Shown here: one piece after another, positions 9,701-17,471 of the stretch
Numbering within the stretch: the stretch's first letter is position 1
Layout: each line of letters starts with the position of its first letter
Origin: an uncultured virus (IMG/VR IMGVR_UViG_3300034119_000891)
Lineage: Duplodnaviria > Heunggongvirae > Uroviricota > Caudoviricetes
Virus record (IMG/VR): IMGVR_UViG_3300034119_000891
Direction: 5' to 3' (one strand)
Length of the DNA: 20,000 nt
Program-made: the position numbers and the translations under genes
The notes under the pieces: model-generated
Told to the model about the DNA's origin: nothing
Databases searched by the model: none
The model's input: the letters and a program-made list of their open reading frames with translations, nothing else

Positions 9701-12218
9701 ATAAGTTATATGTTTCAACCCATACACTTGAATTTGGATTTAATAAAGATCTAAAATATTCTGCATTCCATTTAACAGCATCTGTGTGAACAATATCATA
9801 TACATTTCCTAAAATTAATATTCTATTTATTAAATTATTAATAAAGTTTTTTGTGAAATCTAATATAATATAATTTGCTGATATAGTGCTAAAAGCACTA
9901 TTCCAATTTGAATATCCAGATAAATATGTATCTTTTATAGAATTTGATGTATTAACATCACTTACATATATATCAGATTTTAAACCTAACGTATCATATA
10001 AATCTTTATTTTCGTAAAAAGAATTCCAATTAGCTGAATTATCTTTTATTATAGTAGTTAAACTGTTTACATTACTATTCCAAAAATTATAATTAGATAA
10101 AATATAATTAGCAAATGGTGTATAGTTAAAATATGCGGAATTAAAATAAGTAAAAGTGTTATATGTAGTATCCCAACTATTTACATAATCTGTATTAATT
10201 AGAAAGTCGTTTGTATTACTCCAATTTGTAGATAATCCAGATAAGAAACTATTTAAATATATTGTATTAAAGTTAGCAGATATATTATATATGGTATTAT
10301 AAAAATTTATTACCTTTTCAATTTCAGTATTAAAGTAATCATATGATCCAGATAAACTATTCCATATATCTGTATTATTTTGTAATGTATCTGTAGTGTT
10401 AAGCCAATTGTCAGCACTTAATAATATTAAATTTTTTAATGTTGTTGATGCATTTACATCAGTAGGCCAATTTGATGACGTAGATGATACTAATGATAAT
10501 AAATTATCATAAGTAGTTTTATTTTCAAAAAAAGAATTCCAATTAGCAGAATTAGCATTTAATATAGAAGAAACTTTCGAAAATTTAGTAGTCCAAATAC
10601 CAGAATTTGAACTAATTATATTAAATATATAATCAAAATTTGGTTTATTAGTATAATAATCAGAAGAAGTTTGGTTATATGTTGTTACATAGCTATTCCA
10701 TTCTATAGGATAATTACCGTTTAAAAATGGATACAAAACGTCCCATTTTGAAGAATTTGTATTTGTTAAGCTATTTAAACTTTCTGCTTGCCAATCGGAA
10801 GAAGAAATATTATTAATTAAACTAAATAAATCATTTAAAAATGAAGGTGCTGTACTTATATCTGTGTAAAATGTAGTTAAATTACTCCAAATACTATTAT
10901 TAGTTGTTAATGTTTCGTATGTGCTTGTGAAATTACTAGCACTTAACATTATATCATTTAATATATCTACCGATCCTCTATCAGAAATCCAATTTGATGA
11001 TATAGTGGTTAACAAGGATACTAAATTATCGTAATATAATATTTTACTATTATAAATATCATTCCAATTAGCAGAATTTGGTGCTATAGCAGAATATAAT
11101 AATTCTATTTTTTTATTCCATTCTGCTGAATTTGAATTAATTAAGTTATATAACGAATTATATTCAGAACTATTATCATAATAAAATCCACTAAATGTAT
11201 TAGTTTTTGTATATGTATCATTCCATAAATCAATATTAGCTGTAACCGTATCTTTTGTGGTCTCCCAATAAGCTGAAGTACTGCTTAATACACTATTAAT
11301 TTCTTCTGTATCCCATATACTAGAATTACTATTAACAATATTATAAAATTGATTTAGTTTATCTATTTGATCAAGTATTCCAACAGATAAAATTGGTAAA
11401 TCTGTGCTTGTTTTGTTCCACTCCAAATATCTTGAACTTAATGTTTCTATTGCAGTTTGCCAAAAATCCTTATATCTATTAACTAATAATACACAATTTG
11501 CATCTTGTATCCATTCAGCAGAATAAGTGTTTAAAACTGTATTTAAATTTATGAAATCGTCTTTATGGGAATAAAGATCTATTAAATAAGCTGAAACCTT
11601 TTCAGTAAAAAAAGACATCCCCATCCATGTATCTAATGGTAAACTGTTTAAATATGCACTATTATCTACGAGAAAGTCATAACACCAATTATATGCAGCA
11701 CTTAATTCTGTAATAGGTTTTATTTGATCGGAAACATCATACAACCTTTGATTAAATGGTTTAAGTCTAAGTTTGTAATTTATTACACTTAATGTTAAAA
11801 TTCCTGTTGTAGTAAATTGTTTATCACTTATTTGATATTTTAGAGATTCCACCCCTTCATACACACCAGTATTATAGTAGATATAAGCACCATCTGTTGA
11901 AATTTGTCCGAAATTAGCTTTTTCTGTGTCGATTATCTTAAAAGTTTCAAAAGGATTTGTTAAATCTACAGCTAAAGCACTTATTGGTATAATAAATTCT
12001 CCATATGTAGTTACCGATAAACTAGCATTTAATGAAATAGGTGGTGTGTTATATGGATTTACATATTTAGTATATAAAATTGGTGTTCCATTTTGGGTGT
12101 CTACATAAGAATAAGAATCGTTACCAGAAAATCCTACATTAGGTGTATAAATAAATTCTCCATTCTCAAAATAAACACTACCATATAATGGTTGTCTAAC
12201 TATTTCAATAAAAGCCAT
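6795..12218 (-). CDS. giant repetitive fibre/adhesin-like virion protein B (1807 aa), diverged paralog of protein A
   Basis: It has the same N-terminus (IVRQPLYGSVYFENGEFIYTPNVGFSGNDSYSY), NSANW repeat stalk, 'VVGIN...ALTVSGNLSATG' module and homologous C-terminal domain (ITINTW/IQILNW-type segment, YNNYP, KN, YLKF). Confidence 0.75.
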   Translation of the reverse strand: MAFIEIVRQPLYGSVYFENGEFIYTPNVGFSGNDSYSYVDTQNGTPILYTKYVNPYNTPPISLNASLSVTTYGEFIIPISALAVDLTNPFETFKIIDTEKANFGQISTDGAYIYYNTGVYEGVESLKYQISDKQFTTTGILTLSVINYKLRLKPFNQRLYDVSDQIKPITELSAAYNWCYDFLVDNSAYLNSLPLDTWMGMSFFTEKVSAYLIDLYSHKDDFINLNTVLNTYSAEWIQDANCVLLVNRYKDFWQTAIETLSSRYLEWNKTSTDLPILSVGILDQIDKLNQFYNIVNSNSSIWDTEEINSVLSSTSAYWETTKDTVTANIDLWNDTYTKTNTFSGFYYDNSSEYNSLYNLINSNSAEWNKKIELLYSAIAPNSANWNDIYNSKILYYDNLVSLLTTISSNWISDRGSVDILNDIMLSASNFTSTYETLTTNNSIWSNLTTFYTDISTAPSFLNDLFSLINNISSSDWQAESLNSLTNTNSSKWDVLYPFLNGNYPIEWNSYVTTYNQTSSDYYTNKPNFDYIFNIISSNSGIWTTKFSKVSSILNANSANWNSFFENKTTYDNLLSLVSSTSSNWPTDVNASTTLKNLILLSADNWLNTTDTLQNNTDIWNSLSGSYDYFNTEIEKVINFYNTIYNISANFNTIYLNSFLSGLSTNWSNTNDFLINTDYVNSWDTTYNTFTYFNSAYFNYTPFANYILSNYNFWNSNVNSLTTIIKDNSANWNSFYENKDLYDTLGLKSDIYVSDVNTSNSIKDTYLSGYSNWNSAFSTISANYIILDFTKNFINNLINRILILGNVYDIVHTDAVKWNAEYFRSLLNPNSSVWVETYNLLTAISSNWINLYNTSQYFSSVYYINRNNFNNLNNLIFQKINDWNNLKNNTESLLSSNSANWVDIYSYKVKFDDIYSVSNSNSGYWQTTVSAAPLINNLLTTNSSNSAKWVDIYNNKQKFDGHFSIISSQSAKWYDKLMVDEIATNNLFVVFSSNSANWIEVFNNKFNYDNAVNTVTSLSSGWNLNFEFLGKIAGVSNALKNNSANWIDIYNNKQIYDDFNYVITSYSPNWINYRFFDYITNLQSIISSNSANWIDIYNSKSNYDNLNYIITSYSYNWIYDTYNILNIINNIDVNKSILSSNSALWVDYVNLLGSISSNQLVYNDKISYWNTPYSLLTAFSGFYLNKSENYNSIYQIVCSNSAKWISTYPPYNILSSGSANWDSVYERKDLYYNNVNLITSLCTTYITFSPTSGVILRDSQYYNLASNYIYLSSIKLDNIFIFSQYLSSFIKPNTDKFNSLYETVTAYGGTIWNISIFNNILTSYSDDWDGVYDVLFVDNYVATWDNVHELADEIYNNVNTLNSNINPITSIISDNYLKWQDRTNLSLLTSNSSIWDSFTTSLCQNSGNWIFNEKDTFITTYTYTSSTSASLNSIFNLITTYSANWITDSINALNPITAIALSGSDTIDFSVRDIRGYGVGNFNNLSASRLYKIGSFAVTLTSLSVYNTSTNAALSVFTVGNYNGVSRFNDSVGNDILYVNAQNNNVVGINITPSLDTTTALTVSGNLSATGSIATYLQDQITKYAQISTSYINAYSILSSSSATIDGFDFNKYDSLYNYYALNSSNIDPLNGYYQTVVDSLTTQTYINNVLSSYIVLSGDNFGVDTYYRQNSALYDNAYTYFNSTSSEYLTSYNVSYLFGYNTVRKNTSGIIYLKEGVTINTWSMQSDQPTFASVDILYGKYNNYPRLTSIIGNNIPHLDSSKPIKNKGVAYDDHWIHELEGDSYLKFVLKTNTNANYILINLNVTKR
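7880..11530 (-). repeat. coding repeat array in protein B: ~170-175-aa units followed by ~48-aa units
   Basis: Equivalent Trp codons of the 'NSANWxxxY/Fxx K' module start at 11064, 10539, 10026 and 9519 (spacing 525/513/507), then at 9375, 9228, 9084 and 8943 (spacing 144/147/144/141). Outer boundaries are approximate. Confidence 0.8.
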
Positions 12219-12223
12219 ATTAT

Positions 12224-12229
12224 TATTTA
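12224..12229 (-). promoter_or_regulatory. TAAATA putative late-promoter box 5 nt before the ATG of 6795..12218
   Basis: The minus strand reads TAAATA-ataat-ATG. It is one half of a divergent promoter region. Confidence 0.65.
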
Positions 12230-12282
12230 GATTTAAATCAATCCATCCCTAAATAATACCTTCAAAAATATATATTTCTTCT

Positions 12283-12288
12283 TAAATA
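12283..12288 (+). promoter_or_regulatory. TAAATA putative late-promoter box 5 nt before the GTG of 12294..12587
   Basis: TAAATA-tcagt-GTG. The 12-mer TTAAATATCAGT is identical to the one preceding 13505. Confidence 0.65.
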
Positions 12289-12293
12289 TCAGT

Positions 12294-12587
12294 GTGCAAA
12301 TTTTACTAGATAATAATAAAATTTCAAATTACTCAATTATTGAGAATGGTATGAATTCATTAGGGTATGAAAACCTTAATGAAGTATTTTTTGATGTTTA
12401 TGTAATAAAATGTAATGGTATCGAATTAATTAAAGAAAAAAAGGGAGAATTTAACGGAAATCCTGTTATTGAAATTGATTTACATATAAAAAATAAAACT
12501 TACAAAAATGTTCGTTTTGTTTTAACCAAAGAAAACAAAATTAATATTAATCCAAATTTATTAAATAATAAAATACATAAATTATAA
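12294..12587 (+). CDS. hypothetical protein (97 aa), possibly a degenerate retropepsin-like/RimK-associated 'Zn_protease' fold
   Basis: The GTG start is supported by the TAAATA-N5 motif. 'PVIEIDLHIKNKTYKNVRFVL' recalls the C-terminal half of the PF05618-type proteases, but there is no D(T/S)G catalytic motif. The family call is weak. Confidence 0.55.
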   Translation: MQILLDNNKISNYSIIENGMNSLGYENLNEVFFDVYVIKCNGIELIKEKKGEFNGNPVIEIDLHIKNKTYKNVRFVLTKENKININPNLLNNKIHKL

Positions 12588-12609
12588 TAAATTGTTTATT
12601 AAACATTAT

Positions 12610-12615
12610 TAAATA
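12610..12615 (+). promoter_or_regulatory. TAAATA putative late-promoter box 5 nt before the ATG of 12621..13436
   Basis: TAAATA-ctagc-ATG. Confidence 0.65.
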
Positions 12616-12620
12616 CTAGC

Positions 12621-13436
12621 ATGGCTGCTATAAAAATTTTACAAAATGTTAGTATAAACAATTCTTTAACAGCTTTATCTACAGTAAAAGCTGATTATTT
12701 AATAGGAAATCTTGGATTATCGGCACCACAAATAACTCATTTAGCTAACACTTCTGCAAGTTGGAATGCTGCATATACTATTGCTAATGCTTACACAGCA
12801 ATTTCAGCTAATCCTGTTGTACAAACTTTAACTGCTAATGTTTCTGCTAATATAAGTAGATTAGCTGTTGGTTCATCTGGATTTAATAATAATGAAGTTA
12901 TTAATGTATTAGGTGACGTAATTGTATCTGGTAACTTAAGTGCCAATGGTACAATGCATTTTGCTAATACATATTTTACTACAACAAGTTCTTTGTGTGT
13001 AGTAAATTATGGTACTGGACCTGCTTTAGAAATACATCAAGAAGGCGATCAAGCGGTAGCTGCATTTTATGATCAAGAAAATGGTATAGGTTTATGGGTT
13101 GATGGAGCCACTAGTCGCCCTGGATATGTTGGTGTAAAAACCACTACACCAAACAAAGAATTAACCGTAATGGGTGATATTTCTGCTAGTGGAATGATTT
13201 ATGGTAAATTAGATCCAAATGGTAGAAAATACAGCACTCTTATTGGTGATAATTCCGCTACATCTTTTACAGTTACACACAATTTAAGCACCGAAGACAT
13301 AGTTGTTTCTGTTATTGAAAGTGTTTCTAAACAAGTGGTTATTCCAGCAGTAACATATAGTACTGTAAATACAGTGACTGTAGAATTTAACTTTGCACCA
13401 TCATTAACTGCATATAAAGTAATTGTTATTTCATAA
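12621..13436 (+). CDS. short fibre-like virion protein (271 aa), miniature relative of proteins A/B with a different C-terminal domain
   Basis: It has one 'TSASWNAAYT' repeat and the shared beta module 'TTSSLCVVN...PAL...VGVKTTTPNKELTVMGDISASG'. The C-terminal 'IGDNSATSFTVTHNL...NTVTVEF..AP' domain is a type recurrent in phage structural proteins. Confidence 0.7.
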   Translation: MAAIKILQNVSINNSLTALSTVKADYLIGNLGLSAPQITHLANTSASWNAAYTIANAYTAISANPVVQTLTANVSANISRLAVGSSGFNNNEVINVLGDVIVSGNLSANGTMHFANTYFTTTSSLCVVNYGTGPALEIHQEGDQAVAAFYDQENGIGLWVDGATSRPGYVGVKTTTPNKELTVMGDISASGMIYGKLDPNGRKYSTLIGDNSATSFTVTHNLSTEDIVVSVIESVSKQVVIPAVTYSTVNTVTVEFNFAPSLTAYKVIVIS

Positions 13437-13460
13437 TCAATAATATACATATTAACAATT

Positions 13461-13491
13461 AAAAACCCCAGAGAAAAACTGGGGCTTTTTT
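13461..13491 (+). terminator. intrinsic terminator
   Basis: AAAAA-CCCCAG-agaaaaa-CTGGGG-c-TTTTTT: a GC-rich stem followed by a T-tract, 25 nt after the stop at 13436. Confidence 0.8.
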
Positions 13492-13493
13492 AT

Positions 13494-13499
13494 TAAATA
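13494..13499 (+). promoter_or_regulatory. TAAATA putative late-promoter box 5 nt before the ATG of 13505..13993
   Basis: TAAATA-tcagt-ATG directly after the terminator, consistent with re-initiation of transcription. Confidence 0.7.
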
Positions 13500-13504
13500 T
13501 CAGT

Positions 13505-13993
13505 ATGTCTAATAAAGATCAAAAAATCTTAGTAAATTTGGATATTTATGGAGATGAAATTGTTCGTGGCAATGAAACAGTAACAGGTGTTGTTTCAGCT
13601 AATGCATTAATAACACAACACTTAACTTCTTATAATTATTCATTTATACAAACACTTTCAGTTAATAGTGTTTCTGGAATTTATTATGGTGACGGTTACA
13701 ACATAACTAATATTAACTCTAATAATATTACAGGTGTAATACCAATAACTGCTGGTGGAACTGGTTCATCAAATATAGATTGGATGACTCTAGTTAGAGG
13801 CTATAACACTACACCAACTTTATTAGCTTCTTTGATAAATGGTGATGTATATAGTTATATCTATACTTCTAGTCCTTCTGATATAACATACTATCGTTAC
13901 ATAGCAACAGATGGATCTGAAGATAAGTTTTATAGTTATTTTTCGGGGAATACCTTATCAGGTCTAATTGCTAGTAAATCAATCTTTATTTAA
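13505..13993 (+). CDS. putative virion/tail fibre-associated protein (162 aa)
   Basis: Contains fibre-type motifs 'YYGDGYNITNI' and 'ITGVIPITAGGTG'. It lies in the structural cluster and has the TAAATA-N5 motif. Confidence 0.6.
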   Translation: MSNKDQKILVNLDIYGDEIVRGNETVTGVVSANALITQHLTSYNYSFIQTLSVNSVSGIYYGDGYNITNINSNNITGVIPITAGGTGSSNIDWMTLVRGYNTTPTLLASLINGDVYSYIYTSSPSDITYYRYIATDGSEDKFYSYFSGNTLSGLIASKSIFI

Positions 13994-14009
13994 TAAATAA
14001 ATTTATATT

Positions 14010-17000
14010 ATGGCAGTTTATATTTCAAAACAATCTGGATTATGGAGTTCAGCTTCTACATGGTTAACTGCTGCCGCTGGAACTCTTACTCCAACTGCTG
14101 ATGCTGGTCAAGCTCCACAATCTGGTGGAGGAGATAAAATTGTTATTGCACGAAACCATATTGTTACATATGATTTAATTGGCGAATTTGGAGATCAAAC
14201 ATCAACATATGTAACTACCATAGCATCAAATATTTCAGCAAATGCTATTTGTTTAAGTGGTGGTACATTAAAAGCAAGCAGAACAAATAATACAGGACTA
14301 ACTGCTAGAGGTACTATAATTATAGCACAATCTGGGACATTAGATTGGGGTACTACTATTGATCCATTAACAACAACTTCAAATATAGTTTTAAATTATC
14401 ATACTAATGCTGCTATACTTTCTACTTCCTCTGGAGCTGCTGGTATATATTTATATGGTAGTGGTACAAGTAATTTTTATAATAACATTTATATAAATGG
14501 TTTAAATAAAAAAAGAAATACATATTTAACTGTTTCAGCAAATAATGGTTCTAATGTAATTAGTGTTGAATCTGTATCTGGTTGGAATATTGGAGATAAA
14601 TTGTTAATACAATCAGAATTATTATCTTCAATTACATCAGTAAATATTTTATCTGCATTATCTTCAACAATAGTTGGTATAACAGGTTTAAATGTTGAAA
14701 TTTCTCCTGTATTGAATATATCTAGATCTTCAGGAAGAGCAGTTAGTAATTTTAGTGGAAATATAAATATAACTAGTTTTAATAGATTATATCCATCATA
14801 TGGAATTTTTCTTGTAGAAGGTGCTAGTAGTATTATAGATATAAATAATATAGTTTTACGAGATATTGGATATACTGCTGGTTGGTATAATTATGGTAAT
14901 GGAAGTGTTGCGGGATCAATACAAACTACTACTGCTCCAGCAGCTTTAACAAAAGCTATAGATAATCAAACTGTTAGTTATACACATAAATCAATTGCAA
15001 TTGATCAGACAACTACAGTTAATAACAATAGTATAGTTATGAATGGTGGTATACCTGATTATACCAATTTTAATGATTGTTGTATTTATAATAATGGTGC
15101 AGCAGCAACTAACATTGCTTTTAATTTTAATAATGGAGTTCTTTCAAATATAACAAATTGTAATGTATTTAAAGTTCCTTATGGATATTCAAATGGAACT
15201 AGTGTTTCGAAAACATTAAATTTTAGTAATTGTATTTTTGATTGTACTAATAATTTTACACATTCTAATGGAACTAATACACTTGTAGCTAAATTTAATT
15301 CTAATAATTGTAATATAAGATCGGTCAATGGTATTGTTGGTATACTTAATGCAAATTTTAATTTTAATAACTGTTATTTAGAATATACTAAAACTGATGG
15401 ATTATTAGCATATAATGATTCTGCATATGGAAGTTTATATATTAAAGAATCTACATTAAATGGTGGTAAATTAAAAACTACAGCATCAAACAATATTAAA
15501 ACAACTAAAGATTTTAATGCTTGGTTTTATAACCCAACTACTATAGCAACTTCACTTAGTTCTATTAATAAATATACTAGATTTAATTCTGATTATTATG
15601 CTGATTCGGATTTTTCTACAAGAAAAAGAGGTTTAAACAGTTATAGAATTCGTCCAGAAAGAACAAACACTAAATTCGAAGTATATGAAACTATACCAGT
15701 AAATAAAGGTGTTGCTAATAGAATTAAAGGAAGTTTGAGATTTGATTCTAATTATGGTTCATCAAACCCACCATCAATTTCTTTTGTTGGTGGTGGTATC
15801 AATACAACATTTACATGTACATCTACCGTAAACACATGGCAAGACTTTGATTATAATTTTATTCCAACGCTTACAGATGATATAATTGTTACTATAACTG
15901 GACAAAGCACATTAACTTCAGGATATATATGGCTAGATGGAGCAACATTCTATCCAATTGTTCAAGAAGTAAGACATTATGGGTTTGTATTTGATTTTAA
16001 TCAATATAGAACCGTTAATACTTTAAATACATTAACTGAAAATCAGGTATCAGCATTAGCAAATATACAAAATTTGGATTATTTGTATGATGCAGTAACT
16101 TATTGGTCTGTAACTAATCCTTCATTATCTTCTTATATAGATTTAGTAACTGTTAATGGTTCATTATTAGATTTTAGTTCTAGAAATATTGTAATTAATA
16201 ATACAGGAACTGCATTTGATTATAATTCAGCAACAAATACTATTACATTAGATGCTCCTACATTATCAGCAGGAACAAATTTTAATTCAATTAAAACAAC
16301 TGGAACTATTACATTATCTACTGGATTAATATCAAATCTTAATATTAATGCTAATATAATACAAACCATTCCTACTAATTTAACAGGAATTTATATGTTA
16401 AGTTCTACAAATACTTTAGCATATAATACGAATACCCCTATTGAAGTAGAATACACAAATTGTACAATGGTTGGAGTTAAAAATGATGGTACTGCTATAA
16501 TAACAATTAAACGCACTAATTCTACTGTAACTGAAAGTGATGCAGAAATTGTTACATATGCTCCTACTTTGATTAATTTAACATTACAAGGTGGTTATAT
16601 CGCCTTGTATGATGATAATAGTAATCGTCAATATTATCAAAATACTGATGGTACAATAGTATTACCTGCTAATGCTACTGGAACGTGGTCATATAAAGTA
16701 GCTAGATACGGTTATCAATTAATATCTGGAACTTTTAATGTAAATCCTGCATTAGGAGGCATAATTGATATATCACCCAATTATATACCAGACACATTTA
16801 TTAATGAATTAAATATTACAACTGTGTCTGCATATACAGATTTAAATACTGTTGCTAAGATACATGATTATCTTTCCTATTATTTGACTACATCAACTGG
16901 AATTGATTATGGTATCTTAGATTCAGAATCATTTGGTGTATTAAGTTTTTATGGTAATTTGATTATGTCAAGTTCTGCTACAAATGTAGTAGACTATAAT

Positions 17001-17471
17001 CTTAGTATTAATACTTTAAAATTAAAATCATCATCTTTAAATGATGATTATATATTTGTTGTTCTTAGTTCATTTACCACAGATGGTGTTTATACTCTCG
17101 GTGATAATCTTAAAATAAGAGCAAATAATCTCGATAGTGAGTTATATTTTAATAATGTAGATTCTATTGTATTTTATCCTACTGAATCTGATAGAGATAA
17201 TAACACGAATGCTGGATTAAGTGCTTCTGGAACTATTTATAGATATAAATATGGTTCTACTATAAATGGTGTTACGTTTAGTGATTATATATATTGCAGA
17301 ATAACTATAGGCACCTCTATTATTTTAAATAAAACTGCTATAACTAATGGGAGTACAACAATAGATTTCGGTACTGTAAATAATATTCAAGCTATATTAG
17401 CAAATCAAAGAATAATTAATACTGGTGTACAAAAAGCCAGCAAATTAATACCTCACACCACAAATATATAA
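14010..17471 (+). CDS. putative tailspike/depolymerase-like protein (1153 aa): G8-like N-terminus, parallel beta-helix-like region, CBM-like sandwich, long C-terminal extension
   Basis: 'SGLWSSASTW...GDKIVIARNHIVTYD...GTLDWGT' matches G8-like N-termini. Asn/Cys ladder repeats (FNDCCIYN, ITNCNVF, FSNCIFD, FNNCYLE) suggest a right-handed beta-helix. The domain at ~15600-15945 resembles the C-terminus of the first ORF. Confidence 0.65.
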   Translation: MAVYISKQSGLWSSASTWLTAAAGTLTPTADAGQAPQSGGGDKIVIARNHIVTYDLIGEFGDQTSTYVTTIASNISANAICLSGGTLKASRTNNTGLTARGTIIIAQSGTLDWGTTIDPLTTTSNIVLNYHTNAAILSTSSGAAGIYLYGSGTSNFYNNIYINGLNKKRNTYLTVSANNGSNVISVESVSGWNIGDKLLIQSELLSSITSVNILSALSSTIVGITGLNVEISPVLNISRSSGRAVSNFSGNINITSFNRLYPSYGIFLVEGASSIIDINNIVLRDIGYTAGWYNYGNGSVAGSIQTTTAPAALTKAIDNQTVSYTHKSIAIDQTTTVNNNSIVMNGGIPDYTNFNDCCIYNNGAAATNIAFNFNNGVLSNITNCNVFKVPYGYSNGTSVSKTLNFSNCIFDCTNNFTHSNGTNTLVAKFNSNNCNIRSVNGIVGILNANFNFNNCYLEYTKTDGLLAYNDSAYGSLYIKESTLNGGKLKTTASNNIKTTKDFNAWFYNPTTIATSLSSINKYTRFNSDYYADSDFSTRKRGLNSYRIRPERTNTKFEVYETIPVNKGVANRIKGSLRFDSNYGSSNPPSISFVGGGINTTFTCTSTVNTWQDFDYNFIPTLTDDIIVTITGQSTLTSGYIWLDGATFYPIVQEVRHYGFVFDFNQYRTVNTLNTLTENQVSALANIQNLDYLYDAVTYWSVTNPSLSSYIDLVTVNGSLLDFSSRNIVINNTGTAFDYNSATNTITLDAPTLSAGTNFNSIKTTGTITLSTGLISNLNINANIIQTIPTNLTGIYMLSSTNTLAYNTNTPIEVEYTNCTMVGVKNDGTAIITIKRTNSTVTESDAEIVTYAPTLINLTLQGGYIALYDDNSNRQYYQNTDGTIVLPANATGTWSYKVARYGYQLISGTFNVNPALGGIIDISPNYIPDTFINELNITTVSAYTDLNTVAKIHDYLSYYLTTSTGIDYGILDSESFGVLSFYGNLIMSSSATNVVDYNLSINTLKLKSSSLNDDYIFVVLSSFTTDGVYTLGDNLKIRANNLDSELYFNNVDSIVFYPTESDRDNNTNAGLSASGTIYRYKYGSTINGVTFSDYIYCRITIGTSIILNKTAITNGSTTIDFGTVNNIQAILANQRIINTGVQKASKLIPHTTNI

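Noticed and set aside
2310..11530. Recurrent 'CCAATTAGCTGAATT' motif as a possible CRISPR array or non-coding repeat
   Set aside because: It is the reverse complement of the codons for NSANW, varies at synonymous positions, and always stays in frame within long ORFs.
11926..12108. 60-aa plus-strand ORF
   Set aside because: Antisense to the Ig-like domains of protein B.
1252..12218. Tape measure protein interpretation of the Trp-periodic repeats
   Set aside because: Tape measure proteins also have aromatic-anchored repeats, but they are usually single-copy, Ala/Gly-rich with 11/18-type spacing, and lack N-terminal Ig-like domains and beta-fibre modules. Disfavoured, not formally excluded.
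13199..13450. 83-aa minus-strand ORF
   Set aside because: Antisense to the better-supported 271-aa gene.
13994..14009. TAAATA upstream of the 1153-aa gene as a sixth fixed-spacing motif
   Set aside because: The spacing to the ATG is 10 nt rather than 5 and the region is almost pure A/T, so it may be chance. Not counted.
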